From Parcubacteria group bacterium (GTDB lineage: Bacteria > Patescibacteriota > Minisyncoccia > Portnoybacterales > UBA2143), in NCBI GenBank assembly GCA_013203625.1, contig JABMPX010000005.1, positions 2,305 to 66,304 on the forward strand: a stretch of DNA of 64,000 nucleotides, written 5' to 3'. The notes under the pieces are model-generated. The model worked only from the letters and a program-made list of their open reading frames with translations, had not been told where the DNA came from and did not search any database. Below are positions 48,030 to 57,195 of the stretch, piece by piece. The position numbers and the translations under genes are program-made. The stretch's first letter is position 1, and each line of letters begins with the position of its first letter.

Positions 48030-48974
48030 ATGGACAAAAGCCAAAAACCACTTCCTCAACATTTAACTGACTTTTTGGACTGGTTAGATATTGAAAAAGG
48101 TTTATCTAATAAATCCCAGGAAAACTATTCTCGCTTTCTCAAAAAATTTATTGATTGGTTAGAAGATAATAACCTAAGTAGTTTAAAACCACATGAACTC
48201 TCCCCTGCTCATATTTGGGAATATAGAGTGTACTTGTCTCGTCATTCTAAAAAACCCTTAAAAAAAACAACACAGAACTATTACTTGATTGCTTTAAGGT
48301 CTTTTTTGAATTATTTCGCTAATAGGGATATAATTTCTCTGCCGGCTGAAAAAATTAAATTATCTAAGAGTAAAGATGACAAAAAGGTCCACTTTTTGGA
48401 TTTAGAACAGATAGAAAAATTACTTTCTGCGCCTGATATAAAAAAAATAAATGGCTTGAGGGATAGAACTATCTTAGAGGTTTTATTCTCAACTGGATTA
48501 AGAATTGCCGAATTAGTTTCTCTTAATCGAGATCAGATTAGAATTACTTCCTTAACCAAAGATTTAGAAATTGGCATTGTTGGCAAAGGTAATTATAATA
48601 GAACTATCTATTTTTCAGAAAGAACGATTTACTGGCTTAAGAAATATCTTGATTCTAGGAAAGATAATGATAAAGCTCTTTTTATTAATTACCAAGGAAG
48701 AAAAAATGCTCCTAGGCGTTTAACTGACCGTTCTATTGAAAGAAACATTAAAAAATATTCCTTATTAGCTGGCTTATCAGGAAATACTACTCCACATACT
48801 CTTCGCCATTCTTTTGCTACAGATTTATTATCTAAAGGCGTTGATTTGCGCCTAATCCAAGAGTTTTTAGGACATAGGAATATTGCTACTACCCAGATTT
48901 ATACTCATGTAACTAATAAGCGCTTGAAAGATGTTCATCGTGAATTCCACGGTAATAAAAAATTAGAAGAATAA
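48030..48974 (+). CDS. Xer-type tyrosine recombinase
   Basis: TGLRIAEL, GKG, TPHTLRHSFAT, LGHRNIATTQIYTH. Confidence 0.95.
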   Translation: MDKSQKPLPQHLTDFLDWLDIEKGLSNKSQENYSRFLKKFIDWLEDNNLSSLKPHELSPAHIWEYRVYLSRHSKKPLKKTTQNYYLIALRSFLNYFANRDIISLPAEKIKLSKSKDDKKVHFLDLEQIEKLLSAPDIKKINGLRDRTILEVLFSTGLRIAELVSLNRDQIRITSLTKDLEIGIVGKGNYNRTIYFSERTIYWLKKYLDSRKDNDKALFINYQGRKNAPRRLTDRSIERNIKKYSLLAGLSGNTTPHTLRHSFATDLLSKGVDLRLIQEFLGHRNIATTQIYTHVTNKRLKDVHREFHGNKKLEE

Positions 48975-48978
48975 ATTT

Positions 48979-50124
48979 ATGCGTATTTCTTATTCCGGGT
49001 TAGAAGCATTTTCTAATTGTCCGGCTAGATATAAATTTCAATATATTGAACGAATAAAAGCTCCTAAATCTAAGGAAGTAATTTTTGGCACTTTGGTTCA
49101 TGATTGTTTAAAGATGTTCCACGAACCAAGCCAGTCAACTCCTGTTTCTGAAGAAGATTTACTTAAATATTTTACTGAAAAATGGAATAGTGATATTTAT
49201 CAAGATAAACAAGAAGAAGCTTTTGCTTTTCATCAAGGAATTGAAATATTAAAAAAATATTATTTGCAAAACCAAGGAATTGATTTTAATATTGTTAATC
49301 TAGAAATACCTTTTGAAGTGCCTATTTTAGAAGAAGAACTTCATCAAATCACTGGCCGTATTGATCGCATTGATAAATTAGAAGACGGCACTTTTGAAAT
49401 AATTGATTATAAAACAAGCAAGAAGATGCCTTCGCAAGAAGATATTAATAGAAATTTCCAGCTTTCAATTTATTATTTAGGAGTAATTAATCGCTGGCCG
49501 TCTTTACAAAAGCAGAACAGACCAATCAAATTATCTCTTCATTATTTAAGACACAATGAAAAGCTTTCTACTATTCAAACTAATAAAAAAATTAAAGAAA
49601 CAAAACAAAAGATTTTATCTATAATAGATGAAATTAAAAAAAGCTCTTTTGAGCCAAAAATGAATCCTCTTTGCGACTGGTGCCAGTATCAGCCATATTG
49701 TCCTTTATTTAAGCATAAATTTATTAAGGAACAATCCCCTGCTCTTGATGAACAAGAAATCAAAGATGTAATTAAAGAATATTTTGAAATAAAAAGCGAA
49801 CAAGGAGCAGAAACAAAACGATTATCTGAATTAAAAGAAATCATTAATCAATATTGCGATAAAAATAAAATAGACAGAGTTTTTGGCGATAATGGATATA
49901 TTACTCGCCTTTCACAACAGAGATTTGCCTATAATTTTAATAAAGTCAAAGAAATTCTTGAACCAATTAATAAATGGGATCAGATTTTAACCATTGATAA
50001 AGTCAAATTTAAAAAAGTTGTTGATTCCCTGCCTTATGATTTAAAAAAACAAATTGATGAAGCTAAAACACTAGAACGAGAGTTTAAAGTAATGACAATG
50101 AAAGCAAATAAGCGCGAAAAATAA
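48979..50124 (+). CDS. PD-(D/E)XK nuclease (AddB/Cas4-like, four Cys) with C-terminal extension
   Basis: SYS..CP, GRIDRID, IIDYKT, QLSIY, CDWCQYQPYC. Confidence 0.88.
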   Translation: MRISYSGLEAFSNCPARYKFQYIERIKAPKSKEVIFGTLVHDCLKMFHEPSQSTPVSEEDLLKYFTEKWNSDIYQDKQEEAFAFHQGIEILKKYYLQNQGIDFNIVNLEIPFEVPILEEELHQITGRIDRIDKLEDGTFEIIDYKTSKKMPSQEDINRNFQLSIYYLGVINRWPSLQKQNRPIKLSLHYLRHNEKLSTIQTNKKIKETKQKILSIIDEIKKSSFEPKMNPLCDWCQYQPYCPLFKHKFIKEQSPALDEQEIKDVIKEYFEIKSEQGAETKRLSELKEIINQYCDKNKIDRVFGDNGYITRLSQQRFAYNFNKVKEILEPINKWDQILTIDKVKFKKVVDSLPYDLKKQIDEAKTLEREFKVMTMKANKREK

Positions 50125-50125
50125 C

Positions 50126-50524
50126 TCATGGCTTATATCCAGCAGGAATATATTTTTCAAAACTACTGCATCTGATATAGCCAGCAGCTTGAGCTTCGGC
50201 TTCTGAAGAAAACCAAATTTGATTTTCTTCAGATATCCTTTTGGCAAATGAACAATTTGGCCAATGATATTTGTTGCTGTTTTTACTGCCAACAAATATT
50301 CCCTGCTCTTTTGATTGATTAGTTTCTGATACTGTTTGTTGAATTGAAGCAGTTTGGGTAGTTTGATCTGTAATTGGATTTTGAATAACAATAGGCTCAA
50401 TATCTGCTTGAGGAGCGGTTAATTGGCCAGCTCCAAAACTAATTAAAGCTATTAAGATAATACCAATTGTTAAAATAATATCAGATTCATTTTTCTTGAC
50501 GAATTCTTTGAAATTAGATAACAT
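50126..50524 (-). CDS. Membrane-anchored protein with Ada-type metal-binding domain
   Basis: TM helix; FVGSKNSNKYHWPNC..F.SEAEAQAAGY..C. Confidence 0.8.
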   Translation of the reverse strand: MLSNFKEFVKKNESDIILTIGIILIALISFGAGQLTAPQADIEPIVIQNPITDQTTQTASIQQTVSETNQSKEQGIFVGSKNSNKYHWPNCSFAKRISEENQIWFSSEAEAQAAGYIRCSSFEKYIPAGYKP

Positions 50525-50530
50525 TATAAT

Positions 50531-50803
50531 ATGTCTAAAACAAAATCAGCTGGTTCAACTAGTTTAGGCCGGGATTCCAGGCCAAAATATTTAGGAGTTA
50601 AATTATCTGGAGGACAAAAAGCCCAGCCAGGAAGTATTATTGTGCGTCAAAGAGGAACAAAATTTTTGCCTGGCAAGAATGTCCGACGCGGGAAAGACGA
50701 TACTCTTTATTCAATTATCAAGGGTGTAGTCCAGTTTACTACAAAACGCATTAAACGTTTTGACGGTTCCAGAAGAATCGCCAAAGTAGTTAATGTAGAA
50801 TAA
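50531..50803 (+). CDS. rpmA: 50S ribosomal protein L27
   Basis: GRDSRPKYLGVK, IIVRQRGTK, GKDDTLYS. Confidence 0.97.
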   Translation: MSKTKSAGSTSLGRDSRPKYLGVKLSGGQKAQPGSIIVRQRGTKFLPGKNVRRGKDDTLYSIIKGVVQFTTKRIKRFDGSRRIAKVVNVE

Positions 50804-50823
50804 TTTAACAAAAATAATTTAAC

Positions 50824-50852
50824 AAAAAAGCATACTAAGTAGTATGTTTTTT
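50824..50852. terminator. Bidirectional terminator between rpmA and rplI
   Basis: AAAAAAGCATACT-AAGT-AGTATGTTTTTT. Confidence 0.7.
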
Positions 50853-50865
50853 TGTTTTAGTGCTG

Positions 50866-51312
50866 TTATTTTTCTTCTAGAACAATTACTTTTATTTTGG
50901 TTTCTAAATTATGAGGAAATTCAATAGCTATTTCATATTCACCGAGCTCTTTGATCGGGTCTTTTAATTTAACCTGTTCCTTTTTAATTTTAAATCCTTT
51001 TTCTTTTAATTTTTCAGCAATCTGATTAGCAGTGATTGCTCCAAAAAGTTTACCTTCTTCATTAATCTTAACTGGAACTTCTAATTCCAATCCATCTATT
51101 TGACTGGCTATTCCTTGGAAAAGAGCTAATTCTTCTTCAGCTTTTTGCGTATCAATTTTTTTCTGCTCTTCTGCCTGAGCCATTTCTGATTTAGTTGCCA
51201 AAACAGCCATTTGTTTAGGAATTAAAAAATTACGAGCATAGCCATCAGCCACTTGTTTAATCTCACCTTCTTTGCCTAATTTTTCTACATCTTTAAGTAA
51301 AATTACTTTCAT
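50866..51312 (-). CDS. rplI: 50S ribosomal protein L9
   Basis: [26 protein letters not shown]. Confidence 0.97.
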   Translation of the reverse strand: MKVILLKDVEKLGKEGEIKQVADGYARNFLIPKQMAVLATKSEMAQAEEQKKIDTQKAEEELALFQGIASQIDGLELEVPVKINEEGKLFGAITANQIAEKLKEKGFKIKKEQVKLKDPIKELGEYEIAIEFPHNLETKIKVIVLEEK

Positions 51313-51327
51313 ATTATTTATAAACTA

Positions 51328-51603
51328 TTAATATTTTATTTTGAAATTTTCAAATTGACCAGTTGCTTCTTCCCAATCAATATCTATTTTATCAACTTTA
51401 GCTAACATAGATCCATTATAGCACCAATCAATGAATTGCTTCAAGTCCTTTTCTTTCCCCTCAGCTACTATCTTAACTGTTCCATCTAATTCATTCATAA
51501 CCCAGCCCGTCAGATCTAATTTTTTAGCTTTTCTTCTTGTTGAATCCCTAAAAAATACTTTTTGCACTCTTCCATAAATTTTAAGAGTTGCTTGTTTATT
51601 CAT
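51328..51603 (-). CDS. acyP: Acylphosphatase
   Basis: GRVQKVFFR, GWVMNELDGTV. Confidence 0.9.
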   Translation of the reverse strand: MNKQATLKIYGRVQKVFFRDSTRRKAKKLDLTGWVMNELDGTVKIVAEGKEKDLKQFIDWCYNGSMLAKVDKIDIDWEEATGQFENFKIKY

Positions 51604-51610
51604 CCTAATC

Positions 51611-52819
51611 TTATTTTAATAACTCTATGGCTTTATCTAGTTGCGGATCACGCATTTCATCAATATCTTCTGAAGTTAATTCTACTTCTTCGTCAGGAAT
51701 TATTCCTTCTTTGCTAATATTAGTTCCGGCTGGAGTTACCCATTTAGCTACTGTAATTTTAGCGCTAGAACCGCCTTTTAATTTTTCTAATTGCTGAACT
51801 GATCCTTTGCCAAAACTTTTTTGGCCAACAATTTTAATTCCTTTAATATCTCTTAAAGCGCCGGCTAGAATTTCTGATGCCGAAGCTGATCCTTCGTTGA
51901 TTAAGATAATTGTTGGAATATTTTCTAGGGATTCATAACCCTTGCTGCGATGTTCATTTCTGTAGCCATTACCGTAATCTTCAGCTACAACTAATTCTCC
52001 TTTTGGTAAAAACCAACTTGCTATATCAACAGCCACTTCTAAATAACCCCCTGGATTATTACGAACATCTAAAACAATTCCTTTGGGATTTTGTTCAAGA
52101 GCCTGTTTAACTGTTTTTCTAAATTGGTTGGCTGAGTTTTCAGTAAAATGATAAAGCTGGATATAGGCAATCCATTCGTCTTCATTGTCTAAGCTAATTT
52201 TTTCCCATTTAATAATAGGTATTTCAATAGTATCTCTAATAATTTTTATTTCCCTAGTCTCATCCCATTCATCTCTGATAATAAGCAAAATTACTTCAGT
52301 TCCTTTATCCCCTCTAATTATTCCAACTGCTTGATCAAGCGATAAATCAGCTGTCAAAGTATCATCTACTTTAAGAATTTTGTCTCCTGGTTTTAATCCA
52401 GCTTTTTGCGCTGGGTTGCCTTCTAAAGGAGAAATAATTGTTAAAATTCCTTTGCGAATGCCAATTTCAGCCCCAATTCCTTCAAAACTGCCTTTCATAT
52501 CATCAAGAAATATTTTACTCTGTTCTGGCTCCATAAAAACAGTATAAGGGTCTTCTAATGATTCAAATAGGCCCTTAACTGATCCGTAAATCATTTTTTG
52601 GATATCCAAATCAAGCCGATCAACATAACCTTTTTCAATCATATGCCATGCATCCCAAAATAAGCTGAAATCAACATTTGCTGGTTGACCAAGTTCTTTA
52701 TTGGTCAATCCTCCTACTTTATCTATAGAAGGCTGGCTAGTCTGGCCAATAAAAAATCCAAAGCCAAAAATAACGACAAAAAGAATAATCCAAGTTGGGA
52801 TAGAAATATATTTTTTCAT
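51611..52819 (-). CDS. C-terminal processing protease (S41, CtpA-like) with PDZ domain
   Basis: DPYT, GIG, DVRNNPGG, SASASEI, GKGSVQ. Confidence 0.95.
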   Translation of the reverse strand: MKKYISIPTWIILFVVIFGFGFFIGQTSQPSIDKVGGLTNKELGQPANVDFSLFWDAWHMIEKGYVDRLDLDIQKMIYGSVKGLFESLEDPYTVFMEPEQSKIFLDDMKGSFEGIGAEIGIRKGILTIISPLEGNPAQKAGLKPGDKILKVDDTLTADLSLDQAVGIIRGDKGTEVILLIIRDEWDETREIKIIRDTIEIPIIKWEKISLDNEDEWIAYIQLYHFTENSANQFRKTVKQALEQNPKGIVLDVRNNPGGYLEVAVDIASWFLPKGELVVAEDYGNGYRNEHRSKGYESLENIPTIILINEGSASASEILAGALRDIKGIKIVGQKSFGKGSVQQLEKLKGGSSAKITVAKWVTPAGTNISKEGIIPDEEVELTSEDIDEMRDPQLDKAIELLK

Positions 52820-53604
52820 GCTTTTCTCCATTTCCAAAAATATTTTATAGCGCTAATTAAATGTATTCTTGTATATTTATTAAATAAAGTATCCAATAAG
52901 CTATTCCATTTTTTACTAACTCTATAATAATAATGGAACATTTTAGCAGATGGATAATAGATAACCTGATAGTTGTTCTGCCAAAAGCGTCGGCACCAAT
53001 CAGTATCTTCTAAGTACATAAAAAACCTTTCATCTAACAAACCGACTTTTTCAATAGCTTTTTTACGAACAAGCATAGCTGATCCTTGTACCCAGTCAAC
53101 TTTTTTCTTTGAAAAAGAATCTTCTTTCTTTATTAAAAAATCATTTATTTTCTTTTTCCCCCAACTTAGTTTGCCTAAAAAAGTTCGTCTAGCTATAATT
53201 GCTCCGATGCTTGGAAAACGAAAACAAGAATGCTGAGATTTATTTGAAAAAGTTAATAATTGAGGTCCAACAATGCCAACTTCAGGATTTTTTTGAATAA
53301 ACTCAAGCATCTGAGCAACAGAATCTTTAGTAATAAGAATATCAGCATTAAGAATTAAAATATATTCTCCTTTAGACGCTTTAATTCCTGTATTAACAAT
53401 TTTAGCATAACCAATGTTTTTTGGAAAAGGGATAAATTTTATTTCTGAAAATTCTTCCTCAATTAAATCTTGGGTAACTGATTCTGTTTGGCTATCAACT
53501 ACAATTATTTCATATTCAAGAGGACCAATATTCTCTTTAATTGACTTAAGACAAAGCTTTAATAAAACCGGGGTTCTATGATGAGTAATAATAATTGAAA
53601 GCAT
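52816..53604 (-). CDS. Glycosyltransferase family 2
   Basis: ILNAD, DWVQGSAML, DERFFMYLEDTDWC. Confidence 0.9.
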   Translation of the reverse strand: MLSIIITHHRTPVLLKLCLKSIKENIGPLEYEIIVVDSQTESVTQDLIEEEFSEIKFIPFPKNIGYAKIVNTGIKASKGEYILILNADILITKDSVAQMLEFIQKNPEVGIVGPQLLTFSNKSQHSCFRFPSIGAIIARRTFLGKLSWGKKKINDFLIKKEDSFSKKKVDWVQGSAMLVRKKAIEKVGLLDERFFMYLEDTDWCRRFWQNNYQVIYYPSAKMFHYYYRVSKKWNSLLDTLFNKYTRIHLISAIKYFWKWRKA

Positions 53605-53610
53605 AATTTA

Positions 53611-54642
53611 TTAATCAAATATATTTTTACAAACTTCTTGAATCTCTTCAAAGTTTTCTTTGTTTGGCAAAAGCACATATTCTTCGTTAATAAAAGTATG
53701 ATAAAGCAATCCTTCTGGAGTGGTATCAAAAATTCTTGTCTTAATATTATCTGTGTCCAAGCTTGAAGCAATGCTAATTAAGCTTTTAATGTCATTCAAA
53801 CCTGCATCTGTTCTAAGGTGCTTGCCCAACACATCTAAAAGATTATAAATTTTAACTGGATTAGTTAAAACACCCAAAGAAAGAGCTTTTTCCTTAAAGG
53901 CCATTAAAACCTGTTGTTGGCGAACCATTCTGTCAAAATCATTAGTTGAATAACGAGAACGGACATAATAAAGAGCAGTTCGGCCATCTAAAAAATTCTC
54001 GCCGCGCGCTAGATAAAAAACCCACTTCTCTTCCCCGTCAATTTCTTTAATAAACCAATGTTCATCTTCTTCTAATCCTTCTTTTGCCCATTGAAAGCTT
54101 TCCTCAAATGGTTCTTTTAAATAAACAGAAATTCCGCCTAAAATATCAACGGTTTCTTTAAGTGCTTCAAAATCAACACTTGCTGCATAATCAATATGAA
54201 TATCAGTTAAATAAGAAACAGTTTTTTTGGCGCAATCCATGCCTCCTTGGGCATAAGCAAAATTAATTTTCTTTTTTTCTTCTGAACACCAAAGTTGGGC
54301 ATAGAGATCGCGAGGCAAGGAAATTAAAGCAACTTGATTTGTGTTTTTTTTAATGCTAAGTAAAATTATTGTATCAGAAAGCAATTTACCATCTCCTGGG
54401 TCCTCTAATCCCCTAATGCCCAAAAGCAAAACATTGATTCTGTCAGGATTTTTCTCTGGCAATTCAGGCAGATTATCAGCAAAAGGCAAAAATTGATCTA
54501 TATCTGTTTGATTGATAACTTTGCTGATAGTAAAACTAGCCTTAAAAAAGAATAAGCAAAAAAAGCCTACTGAAAATAGGATGATGATAAATGTCCATAA
54601 TCTTATTTTTTTCTTTGGATGAGAATTAATTTCTTCTTCCAT
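53611..54642 (-). CDS. LCP (LytR-CpsA-Psr) glycopolymer transferase
   Basis: NVLLLG, SDTI, SLPRD, YVRSRY..DFDRMVRQQ. Confidence 0.93.
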   Translation of the reverse strand: MEEEINSHPKKKIRLWTFIIILFSVGFFCLFFFKASFTISKVINQTDIDQFLPFADNLPELPEKNPDRINVLLLGIRGLEDPGDGKLLSDTIILLSIKKNTNQVALISLPRDLYAQLWCSEEKKKINFAYAQGGMDCAKKTVSYLTDIHIDYAASVDFEALKETVDILGGISVYLKEPFEESFQWAKEGLEEDEHWFIKEIDGEEKWVFYLARGENFLDGRTALYYVRSRYSTNDFDRMVRQQQVLMAFKEKALSLGVLTNPVKIYNLLDVLGKHLRTDAGLNDIKSLISIASSLDTDNIKTRIFDTTPEGLLYHTFINEEYVLLPNKENFEEIQEVCKNIFD

Positions 54643-54643
54643 A

Positions 54644-55675
54644 TTAGTTAAACCATTTTTCCATTTCTTTTGTCCCTATTTTTTTATTAGTCATAATTAT
54701 TTTTCTTTTTCTCCAAGAAAAAGGCGCTTGTTTGAATAAATCCCTGATTGCCTTCCATGTATATTTTTCAAAAAATAAAACATAGAACCAAGAAAGAATT
54801 TCTTTAGGCAAAAACCAAGGTAAATGTTTTATTAAAATCCAAAATTGCTCATTTTTAATTTGCATTAACCGTTGGTTCTTAAAAGCAAGATACTTTGAAA
54901 ACTTGTTGATTTTTCTTCTTTCTTTGATTATAGCAAAATAGCCTATTGAAGCGCTTTCTCCTGAACTTCGATCATGCCAAGCAACTGACTTTGGCTGATA
55001 AATTGCCTTCCAGTTATAAAGGCGTAAGCGCCAAGCTAAATCAACGTCTTCTTTGTATAAAAAGAAATTTTCATCAAAATATTCATCGTTTAATTTTACG
55101 TTTTCTAATGCTTTCTTTCTGTAGATTGGCGCTGCTCCGTCTGCTCCAAAAATTTCTTGTTCTTTTTGGAATTGGCCCTGATCTATTTCTCCTTGTCCCC
55201 TATTAATAATCCTTCTGTTTTTAAAAATAGAAAGACCAGTAGTGTCTATTATATAAAATATTTCATTTGAAATTTCTAAAGAAATATTGCCCATGTTCCA
55301 GCGCAAAAGCTTTCCTTGAACAGCTGCTACATTGTCTTTCTTTTCAAGCACTTCAACAGCATTTTGGATAAACTCTCTATCTAAAAACATATCTTGATTA
55401 AGGCATAAAATATATTTTCCTTTATTGATTTTTATTGCTTGATTGTATCCGCCTGCATAGCCTAAATTTTTTTCATTAAAAATAATTTTCAGTTTTGGCT
55501 TATCTGGTAATTTTTTTAAATAATCTTTTGTTCCGTCAGTTGAATTATTGTCAATAATAAGAATTTCTAAATTAGGATATCTCTGATTAAAAACTGACTT
55601 TAGACATTTATCAAGATATTTTTTCCCGTTATAGGCGAGAAGATTTATTGATACTAATGGATGATTTTGTTGCAT
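54644..55675 (-). CDS. Glycosyltransferase family 2
   Basis: DNNSTDGT, LNQD, FDENFFLYKEDVDLAWR. Confidence 0.9.
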   Translation of the reverse strand: MQQNHPLVSINLLAYNGKKYLDKCLKSVFNQRYPNLEILIIDNNSTDGTKDYLKKLPDKPKLKIIFNEKNLGYAGGYNQAIKINKGKYILCLNQDMFLDREFIQNAVEVLEKKDNVAAVQGKLLRWNMGNISLEISNEIFYIIDTTGLSIFKNRRIINRGQGEIDQGQFQKEQEIFGADGAAPIYRKKALENVKLNDEYFDENFFLYKEDVDLAWRLRLYNWKAIYQPKSVAWHDRSSGESASIGYFAIIKERRKINKFSKYLAFKNQRLMQIKNEQFWILIKHLPWFLPKEILSWFYVLFFEKYTWKAIRDLFKQAPFSWRKRKIIMTNKKIGTKEMEKWFN

Positions 55676-57191
55676 AAAGTAGACCAATATTAGCTATAAA
55701 AAATAAAAAGACCTTATCATTAAAAAGGACGACGTCAAATAAACTATATCCCAGAATCCAAATCAAAGCAAGAACAAAAAATCCTGCCCAGCAAATCAAA
55801 TTCTTGGATTTTAACATTTGTTTCCATGCCTCTTTTAATATTTGCCAGAAAATTACTATTAAAATTAATAAGGCGAATATGCCCATTTCTGCAGTAATAT
55901 CCAAATATAGATTATGAGCTGAAGAACCTCTTTTGGAAAAAGACATGTCTTCATTAAGAACTGAAGGGAAATTGCCAATGCCTACTCCCAACAAGGGGCG
56001 GATTATTATTGAATCAGCTGTTCGTTGCCAAATTTCTAATCGACCCTTAATAGATGTCTCCATAAAATCCATAATACTTTTAGCTCTTTCAAACAAAGAA
56101 GCATCTGAAATAGCGTCTCTTCCTAATTCAATATATTGAGGCATAAAAAGAATAGCCGAAGCAATTGGAAATAAAATAAAAAAGATGATTAAACAACCTA
56201 AAATTAATTGAATTTGTTTTCGCCAATGTATAGATGGCGACCAATAAAGCAAAAGAATTAATAAATATACAATTAATGAACCCAAAGCGCTTACCCAGGC
56301 TCCCCTTGAGCCAGAAAATATAATAGCTAATAGACAACTAATCAATAACAGATAAGAATAAACTGCTTTTCGTTTATTATTTTTAGGTCTCACAAAAATA
56401 GCTGTCAAGAAAAATGGCAAAGCTAAGATACAGAAAAAAGCAAAAGAATGCGAATCAGGGAAAACAGAAAACATTCTTAAAGTTGGTAATTGATAGGAAT
56501 AATAGGAAAACCAAGTATTACTATATGATAAAAGATTGCTTAAATCCTGGCCATAAAAAATATTAATTACATTTCTATCCCAAAGATACCAAAATTGATG
56601 GAGATTAACAAAGAAAACCATTATTAACTGCAAAAAACCAATCCCCAGAGTTATTCCAATTGCCACTTTTATAGCGTTAATAACTTTAGAAACAATTTCT
56701 TTTTTTCTTTTCGCCAAATTTCTAATAATAATATAAAGGAGAAGGATATTGATTATAAAAAGAAGTTTTTTAATTCCAATAAAAACATCATTAGCTACTA
56801 TAAGAGACAAACAACCGATGCCCAAAAAAATAACAGTTAAGTTGGTTAATCTTGAGAATGGATAATCAATAATATTTTTTATTGCTTGCTGTTTGTGCTT
56901 TATTAATTTAAATAACCAAACAACAAAGAGAACTGCCAATAATATGCGCCAATTAGCCATTGTGTCAAAATTTTCTGTAATTGGTAAAGCAACAAACAAT
57001 GGGATTGAAGCAATAAAAATCCATAAAGAATCTTCTAAACGGCTAAAAATAAAGAAAAAAATTATTAAACCAGTTAAAAACAAACTTGCTTCTGGAGGCG
57101 CAATCCCAAAGACCATTAAAAAAATAACCGCTATTTCGGTTAAAAGGATAACAAGATTCTTCGTCTTTATTGTTCGTTGTTCATTGTTCAT
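55629..57191 (-). CDS. O-antigen ligase/polymerase (Wzy_C) family membrane protein
   Basis: SGSRGAW, RLEIW, GVGIGNF, AHNLYL..EMG. Confidence 0.88.
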   Translation of the reverse strand: MNNEQRTIKTKNLVILLTEIAVIFLMVFGIAPPEASLFLTGLIIFFFIFSRLEDSLWIFIASIPLFVALPITENFDTMANWRILLAVLFVVWLFKLIKHKQQAIKNIIDYPFSRLTNLTVIFLGIGCLSLIVANDVFIGIKKLLFIINILLLYIIIRNLAKRKKEIVSKVINAIKVAIGITLGIGFLQLIMVFFVNLHQFWYLWDRNVINIFYGQDLSNLLSYSNTWFSYYSYQLPTLRMFSVFPDSHSFAFFCILALPFFLTAIFVRPKNNKRKAVYSYLLLISCLLAIIFSGSRGAWVSALGSLIVYLLILLLYWSPSIHWRKQIQLILGCLIIFFILFPIASAILFMPQYIELGRDAISDASLFERAKSIMDFMETSIKGRLEIWQRTADSIIIRPLLGVGIGNFPSVLNEDMSFSKRGSSAHNLYLDITAEMGIFALLILIVIFWQILKEAWKQMLKSKNLICWAGFFVLALIWILGYSLFDVVLFNDKVFLFFIANIGLLYATKSSISINKSSRL

Positions 57192-57195
57192 TCAA

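Noticed and set aside
48030-50124. Prophage, integrative element or CRISPR adaptation module
   Set aside because: The recombinase is Xer-like, the flanks are housekeeping genes, and no att repeats, phage genes, cas1/cas2 or array are visible.
50801-50828. 14-bp tandem duplication TAATTTAACAAAAA
   Set aside because: Two AT-rich copies next to a terminator; most likely replication slippage.
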